Position numbers and translations under genes: made by a program
Assembly: GCA_015680685.1 (NCBI GenBank)
Contig: MNCI01000738.1
Span: 276,908 to 340,907, forward strand
Source of the DNA: Gnetum montanum
Taxonomy: Eukaryota > Plantae > Gnetophyta
Length of the DNA: 64,000 bases
Direction of reading: 5' to 3'
Part shown: positions 23,987 through 37,100 of the stretch, one piece after another
How the letters are laid out: each line of letters begins with the position of its first letter
How positions within the stretch are numbered: the stretch's first letter is position 1
Notes under the pieces: model-generated
Told to the model about the DNA's origin: nothing
Seen by the model: only the letters and a program-made list of their open reading frames with translations
Database searches by the model: none

Positions 23987-26900
23987 TTGAATCTACAATC
24001 AACTATTCATAAACTAGGTTCAAGAAAATGTGGTAGTCAAGGTAGGGACTCAGGTAAACATCACAATAGTAAGGGATCTAGGGATGGAGGTCATAATGAG
24101 CAAAAACGTAGTGGCCAATACCATGGTGGTGATTGTGGTCCACCTTCTCCTCCATCCTCTTCATCTGATTTTAAACATTCCTCCTCATCTACTAGTTCTC
24201 ATAGAAGCCATTGTCGAAATAATCATGATGAAGGTGATCAACAAGACAACAATGATTTTCAAATCCATCAAGAATGCAGAGGTGATAGAAACCATCATTA
24301 ACATCATCAACACAATCATGATGATGAACCTCTGCTACCAAATCAAAGCATGCTCAAAATTGCAGAGGTAGTAAAGATCCCAACCAAGCATATGAAAGAT
24401 AGATAGATCAAGTGCTTAGACATGAATAGTATTCCATGATTTGAGGGGAATACAATTTTGATTCATAGAACTATCTACAAGATTTCCATGATGTTTGTGC
24501 CTTACAAAACATTGAAAATGACTAGAAAAAACTCAAGCTTTTCCCTAGGACACTCATTAAGAAAGCTAAGAGCTGGTACTACTCCCTAGAACTGGAATCC
24601 ATTCACTGATATAGTACCATGTTAGAGCTATTTAATGACAAATACCAAATGTACTCGAGAGTGTCTAATCTAAGAAGGAAAATCCAATGCTGGAAATAGG
24701 GAATACATGAACACTTGGATGCCACCATGGATAGATACTATTCACTCTTACACCCATGCCCTAGCCATGGTTATTCTTAGAGGGAACAAATTCACCACAT
24801 CATAGATGGGCTTAGAGAAAAATGAGAAGAACTTTTGGGGTGTATGCGGAAGGGAGATTGTCTGATCTAAGAGCTCATCATATCTAAAGGCTGATAGAGT
24901 AGGTAGTAAAAGAAGAAGGTGACTTATGAAAATGGGAAAATGTAGAAGAGTATAATAGAAACCTTTCCATCCAGAAATGGGAGGTCCAATTTTATGATGA
25001 GGGAGAGTTATCACTTGATGAAGTGGTGAACAGGAAAACCTTGCCCATTCAAAAATCTATTTCTAATATTTTGGCAAAGGTTGATAACTTATGGGACTCT
25101 TTGGATGAAAAATTCTAAACTACTATGAAGATTGCTAAAGAATCTAGAGAGAAAAATAGTGATCATAATCATAGGAGGTGAAAAGAAGCTAAACATGCCT
25201 ACCAAAGAGATAAAGGCAAAGCTGCTACCATAGAAGAAGTTGTGGAAACTAACTCTAATGATGAAATTGGATGTGACATCTATCAATATGAATATACAAA
25301 AGGGTGTTTTCCTATAGTGTCAAACTTACAAGAGTCTAAGGTGTATGCATTGAATCTCTGATTAGCATGTAGGCAAGCATCTAGATGATTACCTTATCCT
25401 CAAGGTAATCCAAGATAGTTCCACTAACAACAACAAGCTTACTACCCAAGTGGAGCTCCACCACATCCATATGAACAATATCAATAATGCAACAACCACA
25501 ATCATGGGGAATGCCATTACCAAGGTAGTAATATCCTTACAGAAAACCAAATCCATATGGATACTATGTTTAGCAACCCATCTCTCCAAGACATTTTTCA
25601 AGTCATGCCTCATTTCAGCATCATTAGTACCCTCTGAAGTATCATTGAACACATTCAACATCTACTTAAGAAGAAAACCCATATTCATATCATCCTCTAC
25701 ATTCATCTACATACATAGCTTTGCCCTTCACCTAGTTAGCTCTTGCTCTGTCCATGTAAGGTGAGATTCCTTCATAGTTGCAACAACAAAATGCTACAAG
25801 GGTTGTACATTCACAATTGGCTTTTTAGCTGAGTGGTTCATACAATTGATCTAGAAAAAGATCCTTCTTCCAATCCAATAGTCCTCTCCAACCCTCGTAA
25901 CCTAGTACAGTTGATTGCCCTACATCTCTAGTACCCTCATCCTCTACATCAAATACCTTTGAGTGCCCTTCAAATCAAACACCACCTTAGCTCCCCACTA
26001 TGATGCTAACTCATGCTATTTTTGATTGGATCAAGGCTAGCAATCTTTTCGCTAAAATATTTGACCTAGGAAGTCCTTTCATTTACTTATAGATCACTAG
26101 ACATGAGCCATGCAAGGCTCTTTTTGATTTTATTTCTAGTGTCAACCTCATCTCTCATGACATTTACAAGGCTAGAGCCTACCACCTCCCAAGAAGAGAA
26201 ATATCCATTTAGAATTGGCAAACCAGTCAATCACTATTCCTTTGGGATTACTGGAGGACATTGTAACCACAATTAGTGGGTGGTCCTATCCTACCAATTT
26301 TCTAGTGATTAAGGTTGAAAACTACAAAGGTGACTTTCCCATCATTATGGGAAGAGCATGGTTAAGCACTATAGATGCATGTATGGACATAAGGAACCTC
26401 TCCTTGGAAATCTCCAAGGAAAATGAATTTGAAAAGTTAGAGAAGAAGTTTATTCTATGCATTGTGTATAGTGATAATGGATGCAATTGTGTGCAAAATA
26501 TTTGGTCCACCAAAAGTACAGACATCAAAGTATGTAATTAGTGTGCACTAAAAATAGATATTCAAAGGTGTCTGTACATAGCAGCCACAAAACAAAAGGG
26601 CACCTAGTGGCTGATAGCTAACTCAAATAGTAGCACATTATGCATGGAACCAACTAAGAGCCTAACATGTGCTTATTTTGAAAGCATGAATGAACTTAAG
26701 AAAGGTCATCACTAACTCTATGAAGATGAAGATGATGACACCTATTAGGGAGAGTTGAAAATCCTTTGATAATTTCAAGCAGGAGCCCCTAGAACTAAAA
26801 TTCCTACCAACCAACATGGAATATGAATTTTTAAACAATGGTAAATTAGTCATAATTAATGTCAAACTTGCTCCTGAACAAAGAGAAAATCTATTTAAGG

Positions 26901-29560
26901 TGGTTAAAAAATGGCCAAAAAAATTTTCTTTGTCATAGCCTAAGTTGATAGGAATCAATCCAGGGATATGCCAACATTGCATTTACACTAACCTAGCCAT
27001 GAAGCCAAGAACGCAGCCATAGAGATAGCTAAATTCAAAATTGAAGCATATCATAAAAGAGAAAATAGAGCAACTCCTCAATATGGGGTTCATTTATCCC
27101 ATTGTAGATAGTGAGTGGGTTAGCCCATTTATAATTGTGCTAAAGAAAGTTGGCAAGTGGTAGATCTGCATTAACTTTAGGCTGTTGAATACGGTAATAT
27201 TTAAAGATCATTTTCTATTGCCATTTGTGGATCAAGTGTCGGACATCATATCTAGGCATTGCTATTATAGCTTCTTGGATGGTTATAGTGGCTATAACCA
27301 AATCCAAATTGTGCTAGAAGATAAGGCCAAGACAATATTCACAAGTTCCTGGGGGACTTTTGCATATTGTAAGATGCCATTCGGTTTGTGCAATACCCCT
27401 ACAACATTTCAACACCTAGTCCTTAGTATTTTCCAATAGTAGATCAGTAGTGATGTGGAAGTCTCCATGGATGACATCCAAACCTATGAAGCTACATTTG
27501 GGCAAACCTTGAACTGCCTTGAGCAAGTATTAAAGAGATGTGTCGAAACAAATTTGCAACTCAACTATCAAAAAAATCATCTTATGGTCCAATAAGGCAC
27601 TATGTTAGGTTACCGAATTTCATAAGAAGGGATTAAGGTAGACCTAGCAAAGATAAAGGTCATCCAATGAATTACACGCTAACCAAAGATAGTCAAAGAT
27701 GTTAGATCATTCCTTGGACACACTGGCTACTACCAGCGACTCATAGAGAATTTTTATAAGATTACAAAGTTGTTGGTTGAGCTGACAAAGAAAGATGCTC
27801 TGTTCATCTAGACCAAGGAATGTAAACATGAATTCCAGGAATTGAAGGAGAAACTTGTAGAAACTCCAATTCTATGGGCACCAGATTGGTCTAGACCATT
27901 TTACATAATAACAAATGCATCTAATTATGATTTGGAAATGGTGCTCATGTAGTGGATGTAATATGAATGTAGTCGATGATAAGAAACATTCATATTACAT
28001 CCACTACATGAGCCAACACATTGTAGATGCATAGTTAAATTACACCACTACAAAGAAAAAATTAATGGTAGCGATGTACACTTTTAAAAAGTTTAGGCAC
28101 TATGTGCTTGGCTATAAAGTATTTGTGCACATGAATCATAGTGAAATTTACTTCCTCATGAACAAGCTAGCCATGAGCCCTTGTATCATATAGTGGCTTG
28201 TGATCTTGTAAGAATTCAATCTCACAATGGTAGATCAAAAAGGAACCAAAATTGTGGTCACTAACCACCTCTCTAACTTAAGATGGGATAATAAAGAGGA
28301 GGACAGCCCACTCTCTGATCAGCTTCTAGATGAACTCGCATTTATAATGATTAAACAAAATAGAAACAACATGGTGAAATGGCATCCTTAGCTATCTTAT
28401 CACTTAAGAGATGCCACAAGATCTTGACTTTAAAAAGAAGCAATAATTTCTTCATTGGACCAAATACTTCATGGAAATCAACAAACATCATTACAAGGTG
28501 TGTGTTGATGGCCTAATTTGTTGGTGTGTCCTTGATGAAGATTAATTGTGTGTGCTCTAGGATGCTCATGAAGGACCTTGTAGAGGCCAATATGTAGAGA
28601 GACATATGGCCATAAAAATCCTAATGGCAAGATACTATTGGCCTAGAATATTCAAAGATGCCCACAAGTTTGTTTGATCTTGTGAATGTTGTTAATGAGA
28701 TGGTGGGATGACCACTCAAATGGAAGGTCCTCAATAGTGAATTCAACCATTAGAGCATTTTGACATATGGGGCATTAACTTCATGGGTCCCATCATATCC
28801 ATTTCCAATGGGAAGGCATATATCATTGTAGTAGTTGACTATACAAAAAATGGCTAGACGTAGTAGACATTACTGATTGTACATCGTCCACTATTTCTAG
28901 ATGTATACAAAAAAATGTTGTAAATAGGTTTTGGATGCCATGTACACTAATTTTTAACAATGGAACTCATTTCATAGGAGCCACTTTTAGAAAGTTGATG
29001 CAATGCTTGGGGGTTAAACATAAATTAACAACACCATACCATCCCCAAGCTAGTGGTCAAGTAGAGGTAACTAACTAAGAGATCACAAAGATCTTAATAA
29101 GGACCATATGCAAATATAGAAGAGATTGGAGCACCAAACTCAAGAATGCTCTCTGGGCCTATTTCTCAACATGGAAACTCCCTATTAGCTACTCTTCCTA
29201 CAAGCTAATGTATGGAAAACTTCCAATACTCCACAATTCAGTTCGAGCTCTGTACACTCTTAACAATTTGTGATATAGATCTTGACCTAAGTCTAGCACA
29301 AAAAGAAAGATTGATCAACCTAAATGTGCTAGAGGAAAATTGATTGGTGGCCTTATCTTTGAATCAGATGTACAAGGCATTCAACAACCAAAATCATGAC
29401 CTCAAAATATGAAAAGTAACATTTCAACTAGGAGCTAAGATTCTCTATTGGAAACTCACACATGTAACCCAAAAGAAAAAAAATTCAAACATTGTGGGAG
29501 AAAGCTTATATAATTGATCAAACCTTTTCCTTTGGGGACATGTTAATCTACAAACCTAAA
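23987..29560 (+). pseudogene. gag-pol: gag-pol of Athila-1 (boundaries approximate)
   Basis: gag KLKLFPRTL..KAKSWY (~24530); PR LANQSITIPLGLLEDI...PIIMGRAWL (26215); RT SEWVSP, KDHFLLPF, YSFLDGYSGYNQI, MPFGLCN, MDD (27110-27480); RH LNYTTT (~28035); INT DIWGINFMGP, TTPYHPQASGQVEV (28760-29070). Confidence 0.92.
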
Positions 29561-31761
29561 AGCCCAAATAAAAATTAGTTGCTCAACATCTAGCAAGTGA
29601 AAGCTTTCATAGAGCCAAGACAAGCCAGTGCAACTACCACATCGATGGATGGACAACCACGTTCCATTTTTAAGATCTCCTTCTTTCAACTAAGTCATGG
29701 GGGAGATGGCCATCCATGCTAATGATCCATATGGCTTCTCAATTTTTTCTACTTTTTGTTTTCTAAGTTTTTGATTTTAGAACTTATTTATTTTACAAAT
29801 TTTTTATTTTTAAAATTTTTCCAATTTTGCACATCATTAGTACCTTTGAATCTTTCTTGATTATTTTACACTTTCTCATATATATTTTTTTTTCAAGTAT
29901 GATTTTTCATTATTTTTTCTAATAAAAGTGCTTTATTACTACAGGACATAGTGCCACTATTGCTATTTACTAATGATGGTTTGTGCTTAATGTTATGATT
30001 GTTGATGTTTGGTTTCTATTTTTGAATTCTGATGTTTGATGACTATGACATGGTTTATTTTTCATGGAACAAGTAGTGAGTCCACGTCATTTTCCCATCC
30101 AATAAAATCTATGATTTTCCTTGTTCTTGGAGTTTGAGGTCCCCTCCATTAAAGAAACTTTTAATCAATTGGTGACCTTGGTAGTTCTAGAATTAGGAAA
30201 GATTCAAAGGGTTGTAGAGGATGTGACTTCAAGGGGACTGAATACTCCTTATACTCTTTTTCTTACCTAAGTGCTTGGGTGTTTTTCATGAAATTCTTAC
30301 CTTTCCATTCCAACCACTAATAGGAAGTCAAATAAAGTTTTTGCATGGTGTGGTCTCCATCCAAAAATTAAAAATAAATAACAATAAAAATAAATAAAAA
30401 CATGATGAAAATTCAAAGCACACCCCTGAGACAAATAAATAGGTTACAAGCATTGGTTATGGAACTAGAAAGACATGCACCCATGCCTAAAGTTCCCCTC
30501 TAACTAGGGCCCTCTTTTTGTCACTTCCTACTTCTCTTTTCTTCTCTTTTTGGAATGGTGGTTGTTTTATGGAAGTACTACCATGTCGTGGATGAGTAGA
30601 TTGATCTCAGAGTGGGAATGTAAAGTCATTGAAAGAGGCTAGTTTTGATCTAGACTAAGGATGGATCTTCTTAGGTCATTTTAAACACATATTCTAGAAG
30701 GAACTTCCTAAGACCTCAATTTAGGATTCCATCCCACCTTCTCAGTCATCCATTTATGATGTCATAACTCACCTCATTTCTAGTTTCTATGTTATGCTTG
30801 ATGTCTTAGTTTGACATGTTTGAATTCTTGGATAGATTCTTTTTGGTTGGTCCTTAACTTTTCATGATCATTAATCAACTGTGGGGCCCATTGATTCCTT
30901 AGTTGGGGTTATGCAAGGGCAACAAGGGCATGAGCATACTATGGGGAGGACCCACTTGCATATCTCTTGATTTGGTTAGTTAATTCCCTTACCTTTGACA
31001 TCATTGCAATCCTATCTTTTGCATACTCCATTATGCAAACCACTCTATGCATCTTGAACTCTCATTTTCCATCCCATTTTTAATACTTTTCCTAATTTTC
31101 TTAATTTTTGGACTTCAAAATCTTGTTCTCACATTTTCATCATGATTATGGCTATTTTGGCTTCCATTTGATCCTAATTTCATTCAAAATATCTTTTTAA
31201 TTTTTAGGTTTTGACCAAGTCAACAAATGTCAATGGTGATCAATAGCTACATCGATGAGGCCCCATTGACATAGTAGACCATGTCGACTGGGCCCTATTG
31301 AAGTAATGCAAAAATAGTATAAATACCATTGAACAATTGGATTTTTCACATTTGGTCCATAATGCCCAAGAAGTTTTTGCAATTTTCAAAGCCAAAATCT
31401 TCCCAAGACTATAACTCTTACACCGTTTATCCAAATCACATCATTTTTTTAACCCTGTAGTTACTAGAGGTAAGCTCTTAGTCATGGGAATAGCAAACCC
31501 CAATGTTTTTATGAAATTTTTTTGAAATTTTTCCTAACTCCCCCAAAGGGTTAAGATGTAAAATTCTATTAAATCATTAATTTTTTAGAATTTAACCCTT
31601 CCAACAACTTTGGTAAACCAAAGATTAAATTAATAATTAAATATTCAATCCATCCAACCATAATCACACCCTAGCTAAATGTAACCTCCCTATGAAACAA
31701 GGTATTCCAATCATTCTAAGTTACATAATAATTACTAATTCATTGTTATGTGTGATAACAG

Positions 31762-34650
31762 ATGCCACCAAGACCAAAGAGATCATAGAAGGAAGAAGCA
31801 TTGCAACCATGGAAGAAATGACCTAGAGGAGGAAGGGGCCAATAAGAATGTGGCCAAGAATAGGTTGAGGCAACCCATGCAATAGGACCCCTTAGAGATG
31901 AAGTTGAGGTGGAATCTATGTAACATATTTCCAAAGAAGAAGCTACATCAAAACACTCACAATGAGGTGATGCATTAGGCCTTATACCTAGAATGGAAGT
32001 CACACTCACACAGGCCTGCCTTGACACAATTGAGAACTATGAAATTTAATGCTTAGTTCTTTAAGAACTAAATGTTAGGCCATTCCTTGAACAAGCTCTA
32101 GAAGATGTCAGAGGTCAACTAAAAGCCTCTCCCATATGGACAATCATCACTTCTAGTGGGGAGTGGTGCATGGAAGAAATGTATCTCTTCTGGAACAACA
32201 GGAGAGCAAGAGTCACTATGACAATCAAGGATATTTAAGTATCCTACTTGGTAATAGCCATTACATAGGTCCTTGGGTTGCCTGATGCAAGAACATCATT
32301 GTTAGAGCTTTCAACATAAGTCAATCCTAGAGCAATGGAGGAATGGATTTAATGGTGTTATGGGGTCGATCACAAGGATTTTGGCATGCTCACACTAGTG
32401 GAGTAAGTCTATTTAAGATAGTAGCCTACAATCTCAATCTAGTGGTGAGGCCTAGTAAGGTGATAGCCTTATTCACCTAAGCATGTGCTACTCTAAGTGA
32501 AAAATTTCCATCAAATCTTACACAACTAGTCTTTCTAGAAATAGAGAAGTGCTTCAAGAAAAATGAACATGGAAGAAAGACCCTAACTTTTTCCTACCTT
32601 GTCAAAAAATTATGCAAAAGTGTAGGAATAGTCCACTATGCAAATGATATACTTAGGCATGCTCCTAATTCTTTGTGGGCTAAGATGATGAAGGACAAGA
32701 TTCCTACCATGACAATAGAAGAGGAGTAGCAATGACCACCTCCACCACCTACTCATGAGCAAACATCAAATTCTTGTAATGTGGTTGAGCGCATGTGAAA
32801 AATCCAAGAGCAGTTCTTGTAATAATGAGTGTAGTAGGTAGGAACTAGTGATGGAGACCCATCTATGTATAGACCAGTCATGAGTCACCTCAAAGAAGTG
32901 GCTCCTATAATCAGCTAGATTAAGGGAGGTGGATCAATGATATCTACCCAATGAATGTAGTTGCATGTGAGGTTGGATCCAAGTTCTTGAGAGGTGATGA
33001 TGTCTCTTTCTCAACATCATCTATTCCTAGAAATATCTGGAAATGTTGCTTCCTTTTTGGTATGCTTGGAGGAGGGTGAAGAGGCAACCATATTGATGAT
33101 GTAGCACTAGGGGCAAGAAATAGCTATAGAGATCATTGTTGATCAAGTTGTCGAAGTGTTAAACACACCTACAACATTTAAACTAGATGATTTTACACCA
33201 AGAGATGTGTAGACATTTGTAGGAACAATTAGAGATAATTGAGTATAGCCTAGCATGAAGAACTACTGGACTATCTAGTGGGAACCGAGCAACCAATTCC
33301 AAATATCTTTGATTTTTTGGATGCCATCACTACAACCTAGTTGGAGCTACTAGAGGCAAAGGGTAGGTGCCTCATCTTAGAAGGATAACTTGAAATAGCT
33401 CAAGAAAAAAATTAAAGCTTGGTCACAGAAGTTGCCAAGTTATGTGCCTAAATTGTTAACCTTACTTTTATCAACCTTGCATTGACATGAGATGAAGCTT
33501 TTTAATAGCTTTAAGAATAGCTAAAGAAGTTTGAGGGAGAAATGGTAATGGTAGTCTTCAATTAGCATAAGCTAAAACTCATGCAATATGAAAGGATTTG
33601 ATGTAGATGTGCCAATAAAATGTGTTCTTAACCATAGAAAATCATCACCTATGAAATGATGATGTGCAAAAACAACAGCTAGAAGAATTTATCCATCAAT
33701 AGTAGGAGTAGCTTTCTAGGGAAAATGTCAAATTGAGGAGATTATTAGTGGAGAATTGTAATCTCTCCATGGAGGAGATCTACATATTACACTAGAAATT
33801 AGCCATCCAGATTACTACCTAGAAAAATGAGGCTCTAAAATTTAAAAAGGTTAAAAATCATTACAAAGACCAAGTTGGCCTACAGAAGGAGGTAAATGAA
33901 AAAAATATCCAACTAGCAAAGGAAAAAGTTAACGAGGTCCTCCAACAACTCCAACAAGGTAGATAAATTTAGCAACCTATCATTAATGGGATTGATGCCT
34001 ACAATAAGGTAGAAATCCCCATGAAGGAGTCGTATATTGAAGAGATGAAAAAATACATGGAGCTATCCAACCTTTGCTATGAAAACCTATAAATTTTGAC
34101 TATTTGATAGCCATGGTCTAAGCTTGAGAAGCAAGTTGATAGATCATACTTATTGTACGAGGCCATGTTCAAGGCTCATAAAGACAACAAGCAAAAGCTT
34201 GCAATGGAAAATGCTAAACTCGAGGTTCTCAAGGTGAAATTCACTAATCAAAGACCAGTTGCAAAGAACCTAGCAAAATTAATGAATGAATACTAGGTAC
34301 TATAGGACACACTCCAAGCATTTGACATTGAGCACAAGCATTTTTTGGCCTAGTTTATCAATGTTAAGGAGCTATTTCTTATTTTGCCTTATCCTTGGGA
34401 TGTTCAAACCTTGGCCCACATTGGCGAAGCTATGTGGACCATTAATGATCCCAAGAGTAAAGAAGAGAAACTGAAGGCATTGCTTAATGCTTTTTGAATC
34501 CCACATAAAGTTGTAATAGTAGTAGGATATCCATAGCTACCTTGGCCACCATGCATGCCTAAAGCCAGTGAATGTCCTTTAGAGCCTCAAGAGCCACCAC
34601 CACTTGGGACTATCTAACCTTGTCCACCAACTTCACACCATCGAAGAATG
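31762..34650 (+). pseudogene. Athila-type accessory ('env-like') ORF with coiled-coil C-terminus, decayed
   Basis: TAACAG|ATG start (MPPRPKRS..); VLGLP and QLVFLEIEKCF..TLTFSYLVKKLCKSVGI motifs resemble Athila 3' ORFs; homologous to the minus-strand ORF at 44640-47528. Confidence 0.7.
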
Positions 34651-34861
34651 TGCTATTTAATTTTGAAGAATCATGTCATGGTGTTCAATTTTGTGTTATG
34701 AATATCATAATTTTTGTAATGTGTTGGTCTATACACTGGGCACTTAGTACTGTTATGTCTATGTTATTTTGTTTTGTTATGTCGAAAACTAGTTAATAAT
34801 TTCATACCTTCCCAATTTTATAAAGAACTAAAGGATGAGTTTTCATTTATTCATGGGGGTA

Positions 34862-35764
34862 TGATGAATTTTAGTCTATTACATCAATTGGACCCCATGA
34901 ACTAGGCCTCGTTGATGTAGTCTATTGTGTTGACTGGGCCACGTCGACTAGGCCCTGTCAACAAGGCCTCGTGGATGCAAGGGTTTATTCTAGTTTATAA
35001 ATACCTACTCACCAGTCACATTTATGGAATCAATTATCAAAGTATTAGTGAATATTTTGTATTTTTTCTATTTGAAAGTTAGAATATTTTTCTCAAGTGC
35101 CTACAACAAGAGTCATTGAGTGTATGGATCTTTATTCGAGCATTATTGTACCTAGGCATAATAGTATGTGCAACAATAAAGATGAACTTCTTGATAAACC
35201 TTGTAGCATTTTGGATAGCTTAAATGTTTCATTTATCCATTTAATTCTTTCAATTATTTATTCAATTATTTCTTTTAATTAAGAAAGATAAGCTAGATAG
35301 ATTAAACACATAAGTATGAATGCTTTGAGTGTAACACATATTTACTTGGTAATCTTAGCAATGTTATTGCTTGGTACACCCAGTACCGTAATGCTTGGTA
35401 TACTAGCAATGGATACATGGGTTTAGGACATGTGCATAAAGTGGGATTGCATTCTTATGTTAGGACTACATAGATACTAGTTAATTAGTTAAATTAAATT
35501 AGTTAATCCAATTACTTTTATCTCCCTTTAAATACCAAAACCATAAAATACAAAATGATAAAAATTAGATGACTTAATTACACTTAATCATACCAATATA
35601 TGTCAAAAGTATAATTGGGTAGACAAAAAATGGCCTTAAGGCAAGGCTCACTTCCTAGAAGACTAGTGCGCCAGAAACTACAAAGTCCATGGAATTCAAT
35701 CGGATTGTGCATGAACGCTTTGTGATTTGTATGGTTGGGCGTAGGGGTACCTCATTGCTCATTA
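34862..35764 (+). repeat. 3' LTR of Athila-1
   Basis: TGATGA...TCAT(T)A after the PPT and followed by TSD AATAT. Confidence 0.92.
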
Positions 35765-37082
35765 AATATAGAATAAACAAATACAACCTTAAAAAAAGAA
35801 GAAGAAGAAGAATAAATGTAGCAAAATAATGAAATATTATTCAAATTTATATAAACAAATAATTTCTATGTATGTAAGAAGTAATAAAAAGAAGAGATTG
35901 TAGTGCTTCTTCATCTTTATATGTGATGCAAAGAAGTCTTGTGACATTGGTTAGAAATGTTAACATTGTTAAAATAGATTTAGTATCCATTGATTATCTT
36001 CTTAGAATTTCAAAAAGTAATACTAATAAATGGATAAATATTGATCCATAGAGAAATACCTAAAAAAAGAAGATATTGATTTATGGAATAATCCTTAAAT
36101 AAAGGAATTTTGAATAACCAAAAGAACATATCAAACTATTAGAAAATCAAATATTTAAAAGTAGGATGCATAACATGTAATATCTTGATTAATTAAGATT
36201 TAGTGATGAATAACAAAATTATTTAATGATTGAAAATCTTCTATGCTCACTTAATTTTGGGAAATCCAACATTATAAAAACTTGTCATGGATGTATTATT
36301 TCTCATTATGAGTTATAAAGGCTTTCTACTAGCTATTTAATTTAATTGTTATTGAAGGTCATATATTAAACATTAATGAGATATCAGATAATTTGAATGT
36401 AGAGGTGATAACATTACATGGAAGTTAGATTTAATTGAAGTAGTTAATTAATTCCATAAGTGAGAGATATATAAAAATTATTAAATTACTAATAGAAAGC
36501 TATAGATTGAAATACTAGAGTTGAAATACACAAACATGATAATAGTAAAGGTGTCTCAAGACTTAAGAAAGGTTATGAGATTTAGTAAAAGGGCTAGTGA
36601 AGTGACCATGAAGCCACAATATCCAAGGATAATAAAAGTAGAAGGAGATGTAATGTATGAATCAAATAAATTGAAAAAATAGACAATATTTAGCAACAAG
36701 TGAAATAGGTGCAAGATGATATGTATTAAAAATCATAATATAAGTAATTAAGTGTTGACTAGAGTAAATATTGTTGGTAAATATATGTTAGCTATCATGT
36801 TAGTAAGGCATAGCTCACTTGCTTAGAGCATGCAACTTATGATTTACAAGTTTTACATTTGATTTCAAGGGATTTGATAAGATATGTACCAACCTTGAAG
36901 TAGGGTAAAAAAATTTGTTTAAGCTTTGACATCAAGTAGATAGCTAATCTAGAACATCATTGTTAAATTCTTATCTCATTTGTTGGTTAATATATATGGA
37001 ATAAAGAAACCATAATCATGATACACTATCTACAAGAACAAGCAGTCATGATTTTTTAAGAATTATTAGTTAACCACATGGT

Positions 37083-37100
37083 TAACATGGTATTAGAGCT
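37083..37100 (+). other. Isolated LTR-end plus tRNA-iMet PBS relic
   Basis: TAACA|TGGTATTAGAGCT, one mismatch to TGGTATCAGAGC. No coding sequence follows. Confidence 0.45.

Larger units (their letters stand above)
22484..35764 (+). mobile_element. Full-length decayed Athila-like Ty3/Gypsy element 'Athila-1'
   Basis: Two ~0.9-kb LTRs, 5-bp TSD AATAT (22479-22483 / 35765-35769), decayed tRNA-Asp PBS, gag-PR-RT-RH-INT without aRH, extra 3' ORF, PPT CATGGGGGTA before 34862. Confidence 0.93.

Noticed and set aside
35770-35850. RTE resuming after Athila-1 (AATGTAGCAAAA resembling NVAEM)
   Set aside because: Match too short and AT-rich to support.
36811-36866. tRNA/SINE-like A box TAGCTCACTTGCTTAGAGCA
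   Set aside because: B box badly degenerate, with no cloverleaf, tail or TSD.
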